Virus record (IMG/VR): IMGVR_UViG_3300045988_077113
From: a virus
DNA length: 50,745 bases
Strand: one strand, 5' to 3'
In this document: positions 32,893 through 44,277 of the stretch, in pieces
How positions within the stretch are numbered: the stretch's first letter is position 1
How the letters are laid out: each line of letters starts with the position of its first letter
The notes under the pieces: generated by a model
Told to the model about the DNA's origin: nothing
Databases searched by the model: none
The model's input: only the letters and a program-made list of their open reading frames with translations
Position numbers and translations under genes: made by a program

Positions 32893-35800
32893 AATCGGTG
32901 GAAAAATCCAAAGTTCACTCACGAAATCGGTTAGTGGAGTTAATAACAAATTAGATTCAATCGGAAAAGCCGCAAAAACGGCCGCGAAGATAGCAACAGC
33001 CGCCTTCGCGGCCGTAAAAATTGGCGATTTTGTCAAAGACGCGGTGGACACATATTCGGAATTTAACCAGGCAATGGCCGAAACGGCCGGTATTGCCGGA
33101 GCGACCGAAGATGAATATAAACAGCTTCAAGCGGCGGCCCAGGAGATGGGAAAACGCACGACTAAGACAGCCACGGAAGCCGCCCAGGCATTAGGTTATA
33201 TGAGTTTGGCCGGCTGGAACGTGAATGATTCTATTTCGGCGCTGGAACCGGTTCTCCGCTTGTCGGAAGCTACTTCGATGGATCTAGCCACCTGTTCGGA
33301 CTTGGTAACTGACTCAATGAGTGCGTTGGGCCTGGGCGTTGACGATCTGACAAATTACTTGAACGTCGCTGTCCAGGCGAATAACAAATCGAACACAACC
33401 GCGCAAGCCTTAATGGAAGCGATGATCGGTTGTGGTGGCGCCGCAAAATCGGCCGGTATGGACTACAAGCAGACCGCCGCGGCCCTGGGTATCCTTGCGA
33501 ACAATGGTATCAAGGGAGCGGAAGCCGGAACGGCTTTGAACTCTATGCTGGTTCGAATGACAACGAAAGACGTCGCGCAGAAAGCATTTAAGGAACTGGG
33601 CGTTTCTATTTACGATAGTTCCGGCGCAATGCGGAATATGCAAGATATTCTTGTGGAATTAAACGGCGCGATGTCTGGATTGTCCCAGGAACAGAAAAAC
33701 AACTACATGGCGGCAATCGCCGGCACGAACTATTATACCCAGTTCGGCTATTTGTTGGAAGGCGTCGCAGAAGGCGCAGACGGGGCCGCGTCCACCTGGA
33801 CACAGCTAACGGAAGCCTTCGATAATTCCGACGGCGCCCTGGACGCAATGGCCAACACCATGACGGACACGTTACCGGGCGCAATAGCGATTTTTGGTTC
33901 GGCGGTCGATGACGCTAAAATTCGATTGTGCGAGGTATTTGCGCCACTTGCAAAGGACGCAATCAAAGGGGTTGCTGATGTGATCCCGTCGATTACTGAC
34001 CGCGCGGTCGGCGTTGCACAGTCATTTTATAACACAGTCGTTCCGGCGGCGGAGAATTTCGCGAAGAAAGCAATCGCGGCCTTTAACCAGGCGAAGCCAG
34101 CTTTTGACGAAATTCGCACGAAAGCCACGGACGCATTTATTTTTTTACGTGATACGGGAATCACGGCCTTCGAGAATATCAAGGCGAAAATTGAAGAAAA
34201 CAAGCCAGCGATCGACAAAGTGATCGCGGTCGCCCTGGATCTGAAAGACAAATTGTTCCAGGCATGGGAGATAGTGAAACCGGCCATTTCCCAAATTGCA
34301 ACGGTCGCAATCCCGGCCGTTATCGGGGCCATGATGAAAGTTATCGGGGCCGCGGCGACAGTTTATCAGAAATTAGATGAATGGGGACTTCTTATCCCGA
34401 TTATTACCGGAATCGCCGGAGCAGTTGCGGCGGTGAAGATGGTTGAATTCGCAAAGGACACTATGAACACGGTAAAAGCCGTCAAGGCCCTTGTGGTAGT
34501 GTTTGGCGCGGAAAAGAAAGCTATGATCGTGAACCTTGCGTTGAAAGCAAAGGACAGGCTGGAAACGGCCTATCTCTACGCATTATACGCAAAGGACGCA
34601 GTTGTTAAGGGAATCAGCACAGCGGCCACATGGGCGCAGACGGCGGCCTTGACAGCCTGGAACGCGATTTGTGCGGTCGGAACGGCCGTTACTTCGGCGC
34701 TGGGCGTGGCTTTCGCATTTCTAACAAGTCCGATTGGACTTGTATGTGTGGCAATCGCGGCGGTTATTGCGATCGGCGTGTTGCTATATAAAAACTGGGA
34801 CACCGTGAAAGAAAAGGCGTCACAGTTGGGCGACTGGATCGTCGGCGCATTTAACAACCTGAAAGAAAAGGCTTCGGCCGCAATTCAGGAATTCGCAGAC
34901 AAATTCCCGGTTGCTTTTGCGTTCCTTTCGTCTGTATTCGAAAGTTGGAAACAGACGATCACAAATATCTTTTCGGGCGTGAAACAGGTCTTCCAGGGCG
35001 TCGTTCAGTTTATTAGCGGCGTCTTCACGGGTGACTGGTCGAAGGCCCTTGACGGACTGAAAAATATCTTTTCAGGTGCATTTCGCGCCCTGTCTTCGCT
35101 GGCGCTGGCGCCCCTGAACGCGCTGAAAGGCGTCGTCGTGGGTGCTTTTAACGCGATCGACACAGCGACAGGCGGAAAGTTATCTGTAATCAAAAACAAG
35201 GTTTCAGACGCGTTTTCGTCCATCAAAAAAACAGCCGGATCCATCATGCAAGCGGCGAAAGATACGATTTCTGAAAAGCTATCGAATATCAAGTCCGCGT
35301 ATGAGGAACACGGCGGCGGAATTAAGGGAATCGCCGCGGCGGCAATCGAGGGCGTAAAAGGCTACTACACGGCCGGATATACCTTCATAGATAAATTAAC
35401 GGGCGGAAAATTGACCGCGATCAAGGAGAAATTCTCCAAAATCTGGTCGCAGATTTCCGAAAAGGTAAGTGAAGCCTGGACGACGATAAAAAATATCGTG
35501 AAAGTCGGGGTTATGCTGATCGGCGAAATCATTTCGGCCGCTTTTCAGATTATCACGCTTCCGTTCCAGTTTATCTGGCAGAACTGCAAGGACACGATCC
35601 TTTCAGCCTGGGAGTTTATCAAATCAACCGTTTCGGACGGAATTCAGAAGGTCAAAGACACGATTTCGTCTTTCCTTTCTCCGATCGTAAACGCGGTTTC
35701 GGGCGCCTGGTCGTCCGTAAAATCAGCCACAAGTTCGGCCTGGTCGGCGGTGAAATCCGCGACAAGTTCAGCCTGGACGGCGGCGACCGGTTATATTTCC

Positions 35801-36991
35801 GAAAAAATTAACGGCGCGAAACAGGTTGTTTCGTCCGTGACTTCAACGATCAAATCAACCGCTTCGGCGGCCTGGTCGTCCGTAAAATCAGCCACAAGTT
35901 CGGCTTGGTCGGCGGTATCGTCGGCAACAAACACAGCCTGGACGGCGGCAAGCGGCTATATTTCGAACAAAATTAACGCCGCGAAAGCGACCGTTTCTTC
36001 GGTTGCTTCATCCATTCGATCAACCGCTTCGGCGGCCTGGTCGGCGGTATCATCCGCGACAAATTCAGCCTGGACAACGGCGACGGGTTATATCTCAAAC
36101 AAGATTAACGCCGCGAAAGCGACAGTTTCTTTGGTTACTTCGTCCATCCGGTCAACCGCTTCGGCGGCCTGGTCGGCGGTGTCGTCTGCTACAAGTTCAG
36201 CGTTTGAAAATGTCCGGGCAACTATGAGCAACAAAATAAACACAGCGAAGGCGAATGTGTCGTCGGCATTATCGGGAATCCGTTCGGCCTTTTCTTCCGG
36301 CTTATCCGCCGCGAAGAACACGGTCACAAGTATTTTCGGGAATATCGTGTCGGCGATCAGTGGAAAGATGGAATCGGCGAAAAACGCCGTATCAAACGCG
36401 ATCGGCGCATTAAAAAGCAAATTCAACTTTTCCTGGAGCCTTCCAAAGCTGAAACTTCCGCACGTTTCTATTTCGGGCGGTTTTTCAATCAATCCGCCTT
36501 CTGTTCCCCATTTCGGGATCAGTTGGTATAAAAACGGTGGTATTTTAGACAAACCGACCATCTTCGGGGCAAGTGGAAACAACCTTTTGGGCGGCGGAGA
36601 AGCCGGCAAAGAAGCGGTTCTTCCGCTGACTGAATTGTGGTCGAATATGAAATCCATCGTCGCCGGAGTCGTCCAGGGCAACCAAAACGACGGCGCGGCT
36701 TCTATTTTCGACAGAATGAAACAGCTTGTCGGAATCCAGAGCAACGGCCAGCCGGCGGAATCAGTCACGAAACAGCTTTACAACAACGTGACAACCAGCA
36801 ACACAACCAACAAAACGAAGGAAGATAATTCTTCAACGGATAGTTCGAAATTTGTCTATTCGCCTTCGGTTGTGATCCAGGGCAACGCAAGCAAGGAAGA
36901 CGTGAACGAAGCCCTTGAAATGTCACAGCAGAAGTTTAATGAAATGATGGACAGATGGAAGAAGGGGAAGGAAAGGACTTCATTCGCATAA
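32858..36991 (+). CDS. Tail tape measure protein (1377 aa)
   Basis: Size, position, Ala-rich helical composition and internal repeats. TTG start after aaaggaagtgagcgaaa. Confidence 0.9.
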   Translation: MAKKTSYELALEIGGKIQSSLTKSVSGVNNKLDSIGKAAKTAAKIATAAFAAVKIGDFVKDAVDTYSEFNQAMAETAGIAGATEDEYKQLQAAAQEMGKRTTKTATEAAQALGYMSLAGWNVNDSISALEPVLRLSEATSMDLATCSDLVTDSMSALGLGVDDLTNYLNVAVQANNKSNTTAQALMEAMIGCGGAAKSAGMDYKQTAAALGILANNGIKGAEAGTALNSMLVRMTTKDVAQKAFKELGVSIYDSSGAMRNMQDILVELNGAMSGLSQEQKNNYMAAIAGTNYYTQFGYLLEGVAEGADGAASTWTQLTEAFDNSDGALDAMANTMTDTLPGAIAIFGSAVDDAKIRLCEVFAPLAKDAIKGVADVIPSITDRAVGVAQSFYNTVVPAAENFAKKAIAAFNQAKPAFDEIRTKATDAFIFLRDTGITAFENIKAKIEENKPAIDKVIAVALDLKDKLFQAWEIVKPAISQIATVAIPAVIGAMMKVIGAAATVYQKLDEWGLLIPIITGIAGAVAAVKMVEFAKDTMNTVKAVKALVVVFGAEKKAMIVNLALKAKDRLETAYLYALYAKDAVVKGISTAATWAQTAALTAWNAICAVGTAVTSALGVAFAFLTSPIGLVCVAIAAVIAIGVLLYKNWDTVKEKASQLGDWIVGAFNNLKEKASAAIQEFADKFPVAFAFLSSVFESWKQTITNIFSGVKQVFQGVVQFISGVFTGDWSKALDGLKNIFSGAFRALSSLALAPLNALKGVVVGAFNAIDTATGGKLSVIKNKVSDAFSSIKKTAGSIMQAAKDTISEKLSNIKSAYEEHGGGIKGIAAAAIEGVKGYYTAGYTFIDKLTGGKLTAIKEKFSKIWSQISEKVSEAWTTIKNIVKVGVMLIGEIISAAFQIITLPFQFIWQNCKDTILSAWEFIKSTVSDGIQKVKDTISSFLSPIVNAVSGAWSSVKSATSSAWSAVKSATSSAWTAATGYISEKINGAKQVVSSVTSTIKSTASAAWSSVKSATSSAWSAVSSATNTAWTAASGYISNKINAAKATVSSVASSIRSTASAAWSAVSSATNSAWTTATGYISNKINAAKATVSLVTSSIRSTASAAWSAVSSATSSAFENVRATMSNKINTAKANVSSALSGIRSAFSSGLSAAKNTVTSIFGNIVSAISGKMESAKNAVSNAIGALKSKFNFSWSLPKLKLPHVSISGGFSINPPSVPHFGISWYKNGGILDKPTIFGASGNNLLGGGEAGKEAVLPLTELWSNMKSIVAGVVQGNQNDGAASIFDRMKQLVGIQSNGQPAESVTKQLYNNVTTSNTTNKTKEDNSSTDSSKFVYSPSVVIQGNASKEDVNEALEMSQQKFNEMMDRWKKGKERTSFA
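35705..36300 (+). repeat. In-frame tandem repeats within the tape measure gene
   Basis: GCCTGG anchors at 35705, 35870, 36035 and 36167 give units of 165, 165 and 132 bp. An 11-aa AWSxVxSATxS sub-repeat is nested within them. Confidence 0.85.
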
Positions 36992-37006
36992 AGAAGGGGC
37001 CATGAT

Positions 37007-37216
37007 ATGGACGAAAAAAGATACTACACAACCGTTTCTGGCGATATGTGGGACTCTATCGCCTACGCTTTTTATGGCGACGTGAAATACATCGGCTTAC
37101 TGATGGACAGCAACCCCCAACTTCTGGACATTTCCGTGTTTTCCGATGGCACTCCGGTTTATATCCCGGAGTTGCCGGAAGAAAGCGACGAAGACCTTCC
37201 AGAATGGAGAGTGTAA
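37007..37216 (+). CDS. LysM-like tail protein X (P2 gpX-like)
   Basis: YYTTVSGDMWDSIAYAFYGD...PVYIPEL. Confidence 0.7.
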   Translation: MDEKRYYTTVSGDMWDSIAYAFYGDVKYIGLLMDSNPQLLDISVFSDGTPVYIPELPEESDEDLPEWRV

Positions 37217-37219
37217 GCC

Positions 37220-38485
37220 ATGCAAGCGCGACAGTCTTATGTTTCCGTGAAATACAACGGAAAGGACATCACAAAGAAAATAACCGATTATACAGAAGGC
37301 TTCGAGTATGTGGACAACGCGAGCGGTACGGCCGACACTGTTTCCTTGAAATTAAACAACCGAAGCGGCGTCTGGTGGGGCGGCTGGATCCCTATTCAGG
37401 GCGACTATGTGGAAGCTACCATCAAGACAACAAACTGGAACAAAGAAGGCGACAACCGAAGCCTGAATTGTGGTTATTTCCTGATTGACGACCTGGGATA
37501 TTCCGGGCCGCCGCAAATTGCCACGATCGGGGGCATAGCGACACCGATCAACACGGATTTCAACGTCACGAAGAAATCGAAGACCTGGAAGAAAACATCA
37601 GTCAAAGGAATTCTTTCGAGCATTGCCGCAACGGCAAAGATCGGCTTGTATTTCTCCGGCCAGGACTATTCGATCGACGAAATGGAGCAATCCGACCAGA
37701 CGGACGTTGAATTCGCTTTCAGTCTTTGCGCGTCTTACAACCTGGCTATGAAATTATATAACCGGAAAATGGTTGTATTCGATCAGACGGACTACGAAAA
37801 GAAGGCGGCCAGTCTTTCACTTGACCGGTCAAAATGTTCTTCCTGGTCGGCCACTAAGAGTATGACGCGGCTATATGACGGCGTTCAGATCTGCTATACA
37901 GATTCTAAGAAAAATAAGACGCTGAAATATAAATTTATGATGAGGAACGGATCAAGGATCCTGAAACTGAATGAAACCGCGGAAAGCCTTCAAGACGCGG
38001 AAATCAAGGCGAAGGCGAAACTGTTAGAGCATAACAGAAAATGCCAGTCTATTAACGTGAAAACAAGGGGCGATGTGAAGTATATCGCTTGTAAAAATAT
38101 AAAAATGTCCGGCTTCGGCAAGCTGGACGGGAAATATTACATTGACACCGTGACACACACAAAGGACGCCAGCGGCGGTTATACCGTAAGCCTTGATATG
38201 CACCTATGCGTGATTGTAAACGGCGTCACAGTTGCGACCGTGGAGTCCGGGAACACTACAAAGAAAGCCGCCAGCAGTTCCACGAAGGCGAAGACCTACA
38301 CTATTGTAAGCGGCGATACCTTGTGGAGAATTTCAACAAAATTCCTGGGATCCGGTGCTAAGTATATGCAGATTTATAACACAAATAAATCGACTATTGA
38401 GTCGGCCGCGAAATCACACGGAAAATCATCGTCAAGCAACGGTCACTGGATCTGGCCGGGAACAGTCCTGACGATTCCAGGATAA
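37220..38485 (+). CDS. Tail/baseplate hub protein (P2 gpD-like) with C-terminal LysM
   Basis: Position after the tape measure and gpX. C-terminal YTIVSGDTLWRISTKFLG...WPGTVLTIPG. Confidence 0.65.
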   Translation: MQARQSYVSVKYNGKDITKKITDYTEGFEYVDNASGTADTVSLKLNNRSGVWWGGWIPIQGDYVEATIKTTNWNKEGDNRSLNCGYFLIDDLGYSGPPQIATIGGIATPINTDFNVTKKSKTWKKTSVKGILSSIAATAKIGLYFSGQDYSIDEMEQSDQTDVEFAFSLCASYNLAMKLYNRKMVVFDQTDYEKKAASLSLDRSKCSSWSATKSMTRLYDGVQICYTDSKKNKTLKYKFMMRNGSRILKLNETAESLQDAEIKAKAKLLEHNRKCQSINVKTRGDVKYIACKNIKMSGFGKLDGKYYIDTVTHTKDASGGYTVSLDMHLCVIVNGVTVATVESGNTTKKAASSSTKAKTYTIVSGDTLWRISTKFLGSGAKYMQIYNTNKSTIESAAKSHGKSSSSNGHWIWPGTVLTIPG

Positions 38486-38498
38486 AGAAAGGGGACGC

Positions 38499-38990
38499 AT
38501 GAGCGATATTATAAGAGTTGGCTATATTTCGGCGATTAACTACACGGACGGGACGGCACAGGTCGTCTATAAAGACCGTGACAATGCCGTTTCGCCTTAT
38601 ATGCCGTTTTTCTCAAATGAATTTGATCCGCCACCGGTTGAAACCCTTGTATATGTGGTACACCTGGAAAACGGCGGAACGCGCGGCGTGATTCTTCCAC
38701 CGCCGTATGCAGAAGGAAACCGGCCGCCGGAAGGCGTCGCCGGGATCTGGCGAAAAGATTTCGGGGACGGAAGCTATATCCGATACGACAAGAAGGCGAA
38801 ACGCCTTGATGTGGTATCGGATAGCGTGAACGTCGAAGGATTGAATGTTTCCGGGAATCTGACGGTCGGCGGCAATGCAACCGTAACTGGCAAGATCAGC
38901 GCCGGGAGCATTTCAGCAAAATCAATCAGCACGACCGGAAACGTCCATGTGGGCGGCAACCTGACCGTTTCCGGCAGTTATCCGACATAG
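38499..38990 (+). CDS. Baseplate spike protein (gpV-like)
   Basis: OB-like N-terminus and C-terminal beta-helix repeats GNLTVGGNATVTG...GNVHVGGNLTVSG. Confidence 0.65.
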   Translation: MSDIIRVGYISAINYTDGTAQVVYKDRDNAVSPYMPFFSNEFDPPPVETLVYVVHLENGGTRGVILPPPYAEGNRPPEGVAGIWRKDFGDGSYIRYDKKAKRLDVVSDSVNVEGLNVSGNLTVGGNATVTGKISAGSISAKSISTTGNVHVGGNLTVSGSYPT

Positions 38991-39007
38991 GAAGGACGGT
39001 GGTGTAA

Positions 39008-39397
39008 ATGATCGGATATTTCGGGGACATTATCTTCGAAACCAGCGACAAGAAAATCTGCAATTTCAATGATTTCAAACAGGCCGCTTCCGCGAACTAT
39101 TCCGAACACAGCCGTTACCGGAAGAAATCGGAACGGGAATTCATCGGCCCGAACAACGAAGGCGTGTCGTTCACAATGAAGATCCGCGCCGGTCACGGTG
39201 TACGGCCCCGTATTATGAAGGACAAACTGATAAAGTATTGTGAAAGTGGAAAAGTTTGTCCGCTAGTAATTGGCGGCCACAAGATCGGCGGCGGAAAGTG
39301 GACGGTTGATTCCATCGACGCAAACTTTAAGGAAGTGTGGAACCGCGGCGAACTTGTTTCTGTCGAAATCGCCGTAACGGCCACGGAATACTATTAA
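39008..39397 (+). CDS. Tail protein (P2 gpU-like)
   Basis: Size and pattern resemble gpU (FIGPNNEGVSFTMKI...CPLVIGGHKIGGGKWTVDSI). Confidence 0.5.
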   Translation: MIGYFGDIIFETSDKKICNFNDFKQAASANYSEHSRYRKKSEREFIGPNNEGVSFTMKIRAGHGVRPRIMKDKLIKYCESGKVCPLVIGGHKIGGGKWTVDSIDANFKEVWNRGELVSVEIAVTATEYY

Positions 39398-39410
39398 GGG
39401 GGCGCGAACG

Positions 39411-39719
39411 ATGATTGAAATTGACGGCGTACAAATTGTAATGAATAGCGAAGTGGAACTTTCCCTTCGTCAAGAAATCATGGAAAAGGTGTCTTTTATT
39501 TTATCCGTTTTGAAAGGCACTATTCCGATGAACCGGGAAGTTGGGATTGATCCTGATGTTATATCGGCGCCGGCCTACCAGGCCCAGAACCTTTATACCA
39601 TTTCAGCGATCGAAGTTGTCGAAGAATTCGAAGACCGCGTTTCGGTCGATGAAGTCCGGTTTGAAGCAAATGGAAACGGAAATTTAATTCCGAAGGTGGT
39701 GCTTGTATATAATGGCTGA
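39411..39719 (+). CDS. Baseplate wedge protein (gpW/gp25-like)
   Basis: 102 aa, upstream of the gpJ-like gene. Contains GTIPMNREVGIDPD. Confidence 0.65.
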   Translation: MIEIDGVQIVMNSEVELSLRQEIMEKVSFILSVLKGTIPMNREVGIDPDVISAPAYQAQNLYTISAIEVVEEFEDRVSVDEVRFEANGNGNLIPKVVLVYNG

Positions 39720-40869
39720 TGAAATCCAGAAATTATATGATCTTCCCGACGTATCGTTTATAGACGATATTACATTCGACCAGATCTTGAATGAAAATAT
39801 TACAAACTGGCAAAATGAATATGAACAGGAAACCGGGAAGAAAAAGATCCTTCGCCCAGGCGATAAAGAATACATTCAGTTAAAGATTGAAGCCGGCCAG
39901 TGGTTCCAGATGTATAAACAGCTTGACTTTGCGGCAAAACAGAACCTTTTGAAGTATTCAACCGGCGATTTTCTGAAACATTTAGGATCCATGAAAAAGA
40001 CCTTTATCAACGAACCGAAGGCGGCAGTCACAACGGTTCGTTTTATTTTGTCCGAAATCCGCCGTGAAGTGGTTTATATCCCGGCCGGAACCAGAGTCAC
40101 CGCCGGGGACGGAATTTATTTCGCAACCGACGACTTCGCAGAGGTCACGGCCGGCGCGGATCATATCGACGTCGATTGTACGTGTGAAACGGTCGGAACG
40201 GTCGGAAATGATTATATTGTCGGCCAGATTGAAACCCTGGTCGATCCGGTTCCTTATGTGGCCGAAGTTACAAATATAACGAAGTCGGAAGGCGGAGCCG
40301 GAGAAGAAACAGAAGAAAACTTCCGTGAACGAATTTTCCTGGCGCCGTCGTCCTATTCCACAGCCGGCCCGTCTGACGCTTACGAATACTGGGTGAAACA
40401 GTACAATTCGGCGGCGATCGAGGATGTGAAGATCTACGAGCCGGAAGACGCGGTTGTTGACATCCGAATTCTTCTGAACGGCGGAGAATTGCCAACACAG
40501 ACATTTTGCAACGGCTGTCTGGCATATTTGAAAAACAACCCGATTATTCCGCTTACAGACAAAGACCAGATCGCACCGCCTGACGTCGTTAAATATGATA
40601 TTAAGGCGACCTATTATATTGGCCGAAGTGACATTAACAATCTGGCGGCCATTAAGAGCGCGATCGAAGCCGCAAAAGATACTTATATCGAGTGGCAAAA
40701 AACAAAGATCGGCCGGGATATTAACCCGGACACCCTGACAGAATTTGTCAGAGCCGCCGGCGGAAAGCGCGTCGTTATCGAATCCCCGGCGTTCCAGGTC
40801 GTCCCGGAAACATCCGTCGCCCAGGAAAGAACGATCGAATTCGTTTACGGGGGCGTTGAAAATGATTAG
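39712..40869 (+). CDS. Baseplate J-like protein
   Basis: Size and position fit. ATG at 39712. Confidence 0.7.
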   Translation: MADEIQKLYDLPDVSFIDDITFDQILNENITNWQNEYEQETGKKKILRPGDKEYIQLKIEAGQWFQMYKQLDFAAKQNLLKYSTGDFLKHLGSMKKTFINEPKAAVTTVRFILSEIRREVVYIPAGTRVTAGDGIYFATDDFAEVTAGADHIDVDCTCETVGTVGNDYIVGQIETLVDPVPYVAEVTNITKSEGGAGEETEENFRERIFLAPSSYSTAGPSDAYEYWVKQYNSAAIEDVKIYEPEDAVVDIRILLNGGELPTQTFCNGCLAYLKNNPIIPLTDKDQIAPPDVVKYDIKATYYIGRSDINNLAAIKSAIEAAKDTYIEWQKTKIGRDINPDTLTEFVRAAGGKRVVIESPAFQVVPETSVAQERTIEFVYGGVEND

Positions 40870-41767
40870 CCTTCACGATTACCGGACAGAAGACGCGCTT
40901 CCGGCAGAAATGAAGACACCTGAACGCCTAGCTTCGTGCCGGGTGTTTGATATTCAGAAAAAGAAATTCATGGAACGGTTGCGCCGGGTGTATATCTGGG
41001 CGGATCTGGACAAGGTCGAAGACGACAAGCTGGACTTCCTGGCAGTTGAAAGCCGTGTTCTGTTTTATAACACGTCGCTTTCGCCGGAAATCAAAAGAAG
41101 TCTGATCCGAAATTCGATTTACTGGTACATGAAGCTAGGAACCAGCCAGGCCATGACAGAAATGATCGACACCGTGTTCGGCGACAATAACACGTCGGTC
41201 GAAGAATGGTACACATACGCCGGAGCGCCTTTCCATTTCCGAATTGCAGTCGGAACGGAAGTGACGCAGACTTCCATAAAAGAATTTCTGAATTATTTGA
41301 ATAAAGTTAAAAATGCGCGTTCCCGTTTCGATTACATGGCTTTTCAGAACGGGATCACGCTTAAATTTTTCGATAAATCAGAGTACCAGACGTTTTTCTA
41401 TACCTTTTGCGGTGATTTCGAGTGTGGCACATATCCGGCGGCCGCGGTTGGATTTATCCCGACCGAAGTTCAGCTTTCACTTGAAGCAGAGGGAGAAGAA
41501 GCGTTCGCAGAGTACACGCCAGCCGGAACCACGCCGGACATTTCAACCGGCTTGCATTTATCCGAAGTTACAGTCGATCTTGAAGGTGCCACCGACGGAC
41601 AGACAATCGTTTATCCGACGGACAGCGGCCAGGAAACCGGTTCTTATCCAGATCCGGCGACCGGTCTTGTGCTGGCGGAAAGCGGCGTTTCCGTCGCGCC
41701 TGAAAGTGAAGGACTTAACTTATATTATGACAGCACCGCGGAGAAATACGCCGCGGACGAAGAATGA
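40862..41767 (+). CDS. Tail protein I-like (P2 gpI)
   Basis: ATG at 40862 overlaps the gpJ stop. Contains WADLDKVEDDKLDFLAVESRVLFYN. Confidence 0.6.
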   Translation: MISLHDYRTEDALPAEMKTPERLASCRVFDIQKKKFMERLRRVYIWADLDKVEDDKLDFLAVESRVLFYNTSLSPEIKRSLIRNSIYWYMKLGTSQAMTEMIDTVFGDNNTSVEEWYTYAGAPFHFRIAVGTEVTQTSIKEFLNYLNKVKNARSRFDYMAFQNGITLKFFDKSEYQTFFYTFCGDFECGTYPAAAVGFIPTEVQLSLEAEGEEAFAEYTPAGTTPDISTGLHLSEVTVDLEGATDGQTIVYPTDSGQETGSYPDPATGLVLAESGVSVAPESEGLNLYYDSTAEKYAADEE

Positions 41768-41784
41768 AAGGAGATCGAAACAGC

Positions 41785-42117
41785 ATGACAGAAGGAAATT
41801 ATATTCCTTTAACGGACGAAGCAATCGACGACGTGAAGGAATATCTGAAAAAGGTTGTCGCTTACGCGGAATACCGTTCCGGGAATACCTGGACAAAAAT
41901 TCCGATCGACCATGTGGAAACTTTATCCGATGGCCGGATCGCGATCTATGTTATGTTCGATCATAACGCCCCGGATTCTATTACAGGAATTCGCTTCTAT
42001 CATCGCGGCGGCTTCTTATGGGCCGGCGGTAACGAAAGCCTGAACAAAGAGGAATTCGACGAAGGCGTCATGTATCGTTATACGATCAAAATTGTACAGT
42101 CTTCGGGGAATGAGTAG
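41785..42117 (+). CDS. Hypothetical fibre-module protein
   Basis: SD gaaaggagatcgaaacagcATG. Confidence 0.5.
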   Translation: MTEGNYIPLTDEAIDDVKEYLKKVVAYAEYRSGNTWTKIPIDHVETLSDGRIAIYVMFDHNAPDSITGIRFYHRGGFLWAGGNESLNKEEFDEGVMYRYTIKIVQSSGNE

Positions 42118-42133
42118 AAAGGAGCGATAAAAG

Positions 42134-42625
42134 ATGTATATTCCGGTTTTTTGGAAAGACCGAATTGTCCAGTACCCTAGACGGGTTTCCGTCGTGGATC
42201 TGGGAAACGGTGTGAAAGAATGGACGCCGGCCCCTGGTGAGATCCACCAGAAAGGCACACAGCAGAGCGCGACCAACTTCGGAAACGAAGACATGGGAAT
42301 CCTGGAAGGAAACCTGATCGCGGCCACGAACGCCATTCACCTTCGACTTATCCAGGAATCAGTTGACGATCTTCGCGGCCAGGTATTAACGGCGACACTC
42401 ACAAATTCGCTGAAATATCCGGCGACCAATTCCGCGAAGACGATCACCCTTCCGAAGATTGTCAATAAGACCGATTACAAGGTCGATATTGAGGTCGCGG
42501 AAGCGGACGGCCCGGTCGAGTATGCAGAAGTATTCGACAAGGCCCTGAACGCCTTTAAAGTGCGTTACTATGGTAGCGCCAAAAATGTAACCTTAAAACT
42601 TCATGTGATCGGGGGACTGTACTAA
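42134..42625 (+). CDS. Putative tail fibre component
   Basis: Position in the fibre module. Contains GTQQSATNFGNEDMGILEGNL. Confidence 0.45.
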   Translation: MYIPVFWKDRIVQYPRRVSVVDLGNGVKEWTPAPGEIHQKGTQQSATNFGNEDMGILEGNLIAATNAIHLRLIQESVDDLRGQVLTATLTNSLKYPATNSAKTITLPKIVNKTDYKVDIEVAEADGPVEYAEVFDKALNAFKVRYYGSAKNVTLKLHVIGGLY

Positions 42626-42798
42626 TGCCAGCAAATGTAATTATTAAATCAGACGAAAGACGCGCCCAGGAATCCGCGATGTTACGCGCCTTCGGTGGCG
42701 GCCACGAAGGCAATTCAGCCGCCCAGAATCGCGAATACGCGGAAGAAATCAACGCGCGAATGAATGATGTAAAAAGAGAGGTGGGAATGAGACGATGA
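42625..42798 (+). CDS. Small hypothetical protein (57 aa)
   Basis: Fills the gap between neighbours. ATGA overlap with the next gene. Confidence 0.4.
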   Translation: MPANVIIKSDERRAQESAMLRAFGGGHEGNSAAQNREYAEEINARMNDVKREVGMRR

Positions 42799-43154
42799 AA
42801 ATTATCGAAGCAAACGAAGGCCAGAAGATTTCCTATTCCACAACGAAAACCTGGCTGAACGTCGGCGATCAGATCATGCTGAATCTGAAAAAATACGAAG
42901 CCGACAACGACGTCCATATCGACATTACTTCGGATATGGCCGGCAACCTGGAAACCGGTGTCGGTCTTCTTTATGTGGCACAGGTGGACATTCCGGCCAG
43001 AGCCTACACAGAAGAAGAAATCCCGAACCCGGACTATTCCGAAGAAACAGAAAACAGCCAGAAAACAATTATCAAGCGCGATCCGGTTCCGTTCTCTATG
43101 GACAACGTGACCTTGACACTGTTCGCGCTGAAAGAAGGTGTAATCTATGAATAA
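42795..43154 (+). CDS. Hypothetical fibre-module protein (119 aa)
   Basis: ORF overlapping the start of the DGR target gene. Confidence 0.5.
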   Translation: MKIIEANEGQKISYSTTKTWLNVGDQIMLNLKKYEADNDVHIDITSDMAGNLETGVGLLYVAQVDIPARAYTEEEIPNPDYSEETENSQKTIIKRDPVPFSMDNVTLTLFALKEGVIYE

Positions 43155-44208
43155 TTACCAGTTTGACAGCCTGAAATTCGCCACGGAAGGATTGACTGGC
43201 GGCGGTTGTACCATTATTTCGGACGTCAAGGGCCTTCCGTCCTTTATGATCCCGTTTAATAAGCGCACAAACGCCCAGTTATTCGACGGCGGAAGCGAAA
43301 AGACACATTCGGCCTTTGTGGTTGACGATGTGGAATACAAGCGCTTCTTTTTTAGCAAATTTATTAACTGTATTGTGGACGGCCTGGCCTATTCCTGGCC
43401 GCTGGTGGATCCGAAAGCGTCCATCAATTACGACGCGTCACACGCGGCTTGTAATGCGAAGGGAACGGGCTGGCATTTAGCGTCAATCCCGGAACGTGCG
43501 GTCATTAACCATTTGATTTATAAATCCGGCTTTATTCCGCGCGGTAACACCCAGTACGGAAAACACCACACATACACTTACGAGGTGGGCGAGACAACCG
43601 CAACCGAAGGCGACGGATCAGGCGGAACAAGAACAACCAGAACCGCGACCGGATCCGGCCCGGCGACCTGGTTCCATGACGGAACGCGAAACGGTATCGC
43701 TGATTACGTGGGTGACGTCTGGAAATGGATGTCCGGCCTTAGAGTTTATAAAGGCGAAATCCAGATCTTCGTCGGCAACCTGGCCGCGAAGCAGGTTTCA
43801 CACCTTGCCGCGTCCACATATTGGAAGGCTATTCTTCCGAATGGTAGCCTGGTAGAACCTGGAACGCCTGGAACATTGAAATATACAAAGGATTTCAAGA
43901 TCGCAACTGATACCGGCGCGGCCGGCAGTACCTACACACCAAGTTTCGGAAATCTTGTGGCCGGAACCGGCGTGACAACGATCCCGGAGATCTTGAAGGA
44001 ATTATTCCTTGCACCGGTAAGCGGCGTCACACATACCGGCGGTTTTTGGATCAACAACGAAGACGAGCGCTTGCCGGTTGTCTCTGGCGGTTACAACTGC
44101 ACTTCGAACGCTGGCCCTTCCGCGTTGTACTTGCTCGGCCCGCGTTCGAACGTCTGGACGGACCTCGGCTTCTTCTCCGCTTTTATGGAGTTGGAATCTG
44201 CAATCTGA
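43147..44208 (+). CDS. DGR target protein 1 (Mtd-like receptor-binding candidate, C-type-lectin/FGE-like fold)
   Basis: Last gene of the fibre module. The C-terminal 40 codons are VR1. Paralog of 7532..8503. Confidence 0.9.
   Translation: MNNYQFDSLKFATEGLTGGGCTIISDVKGLPSFMIPFNKRTNAQLFDGGSEKTHSAFVVDDVEYKRFFFSKFINCIVDGLAYSWPLVDPKASINYDASHAACNAKGTGWHLASIPERAVINHLIYKSGFIPRGNTQYGKHHTYTYEVGETTATEGDGSGGTRTTRTATGSGPATWFHDGTRNGIADYVGDVWKWMSGLRVYKGEIQIFVGNLAAKQVSHLAASTYWKAILPNGSLVEPGTPGTLKYTKDFKIATDTGAAGSTYTPSFGNLVAGTGVTTIPEILKELFLAPVSGVTHTGGFWINNEDERLPVVSGGYNCTSNAGPSALYLLGPRSNVWTDLGFFSAFMELESAI
44063..44183 (+). repeat. DGR variable repeat 1 (VR1)
   Basis: 121 bp aligned by hand to TR 44720..44840. 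17 mismatches, all at TR adenines. Confidence 0.9.
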
Positions 44209-44224
44209 TAGCCGTGTTCTGTTT

Positions 44225-44244
44225 GGGGCTACGATAGTAGCCCC
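44225..44244 (+). promoter_or_regulatory. GC hairpin with GATA loop downstream of VR1
   Basis: GGGGCTAC-GATA-GTAGCCCC begins 42 nt after the last VR1 base and is followed by a T-rich run. Confidence 0.65.
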
Positions 44245-44277
44245 TATATTTTTGAAACACAAGAAAGGATTGCAACA

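Noticed and set aside
36088-36768. 226-aa minus-strand ORF inside the tape measure gene (similar case: 39982..40698 inside the baseplate J gene)
   Set aside because: These antisense frames lie within well-supported structural genes. They lack ribosome-binding sites and have atypical composition.
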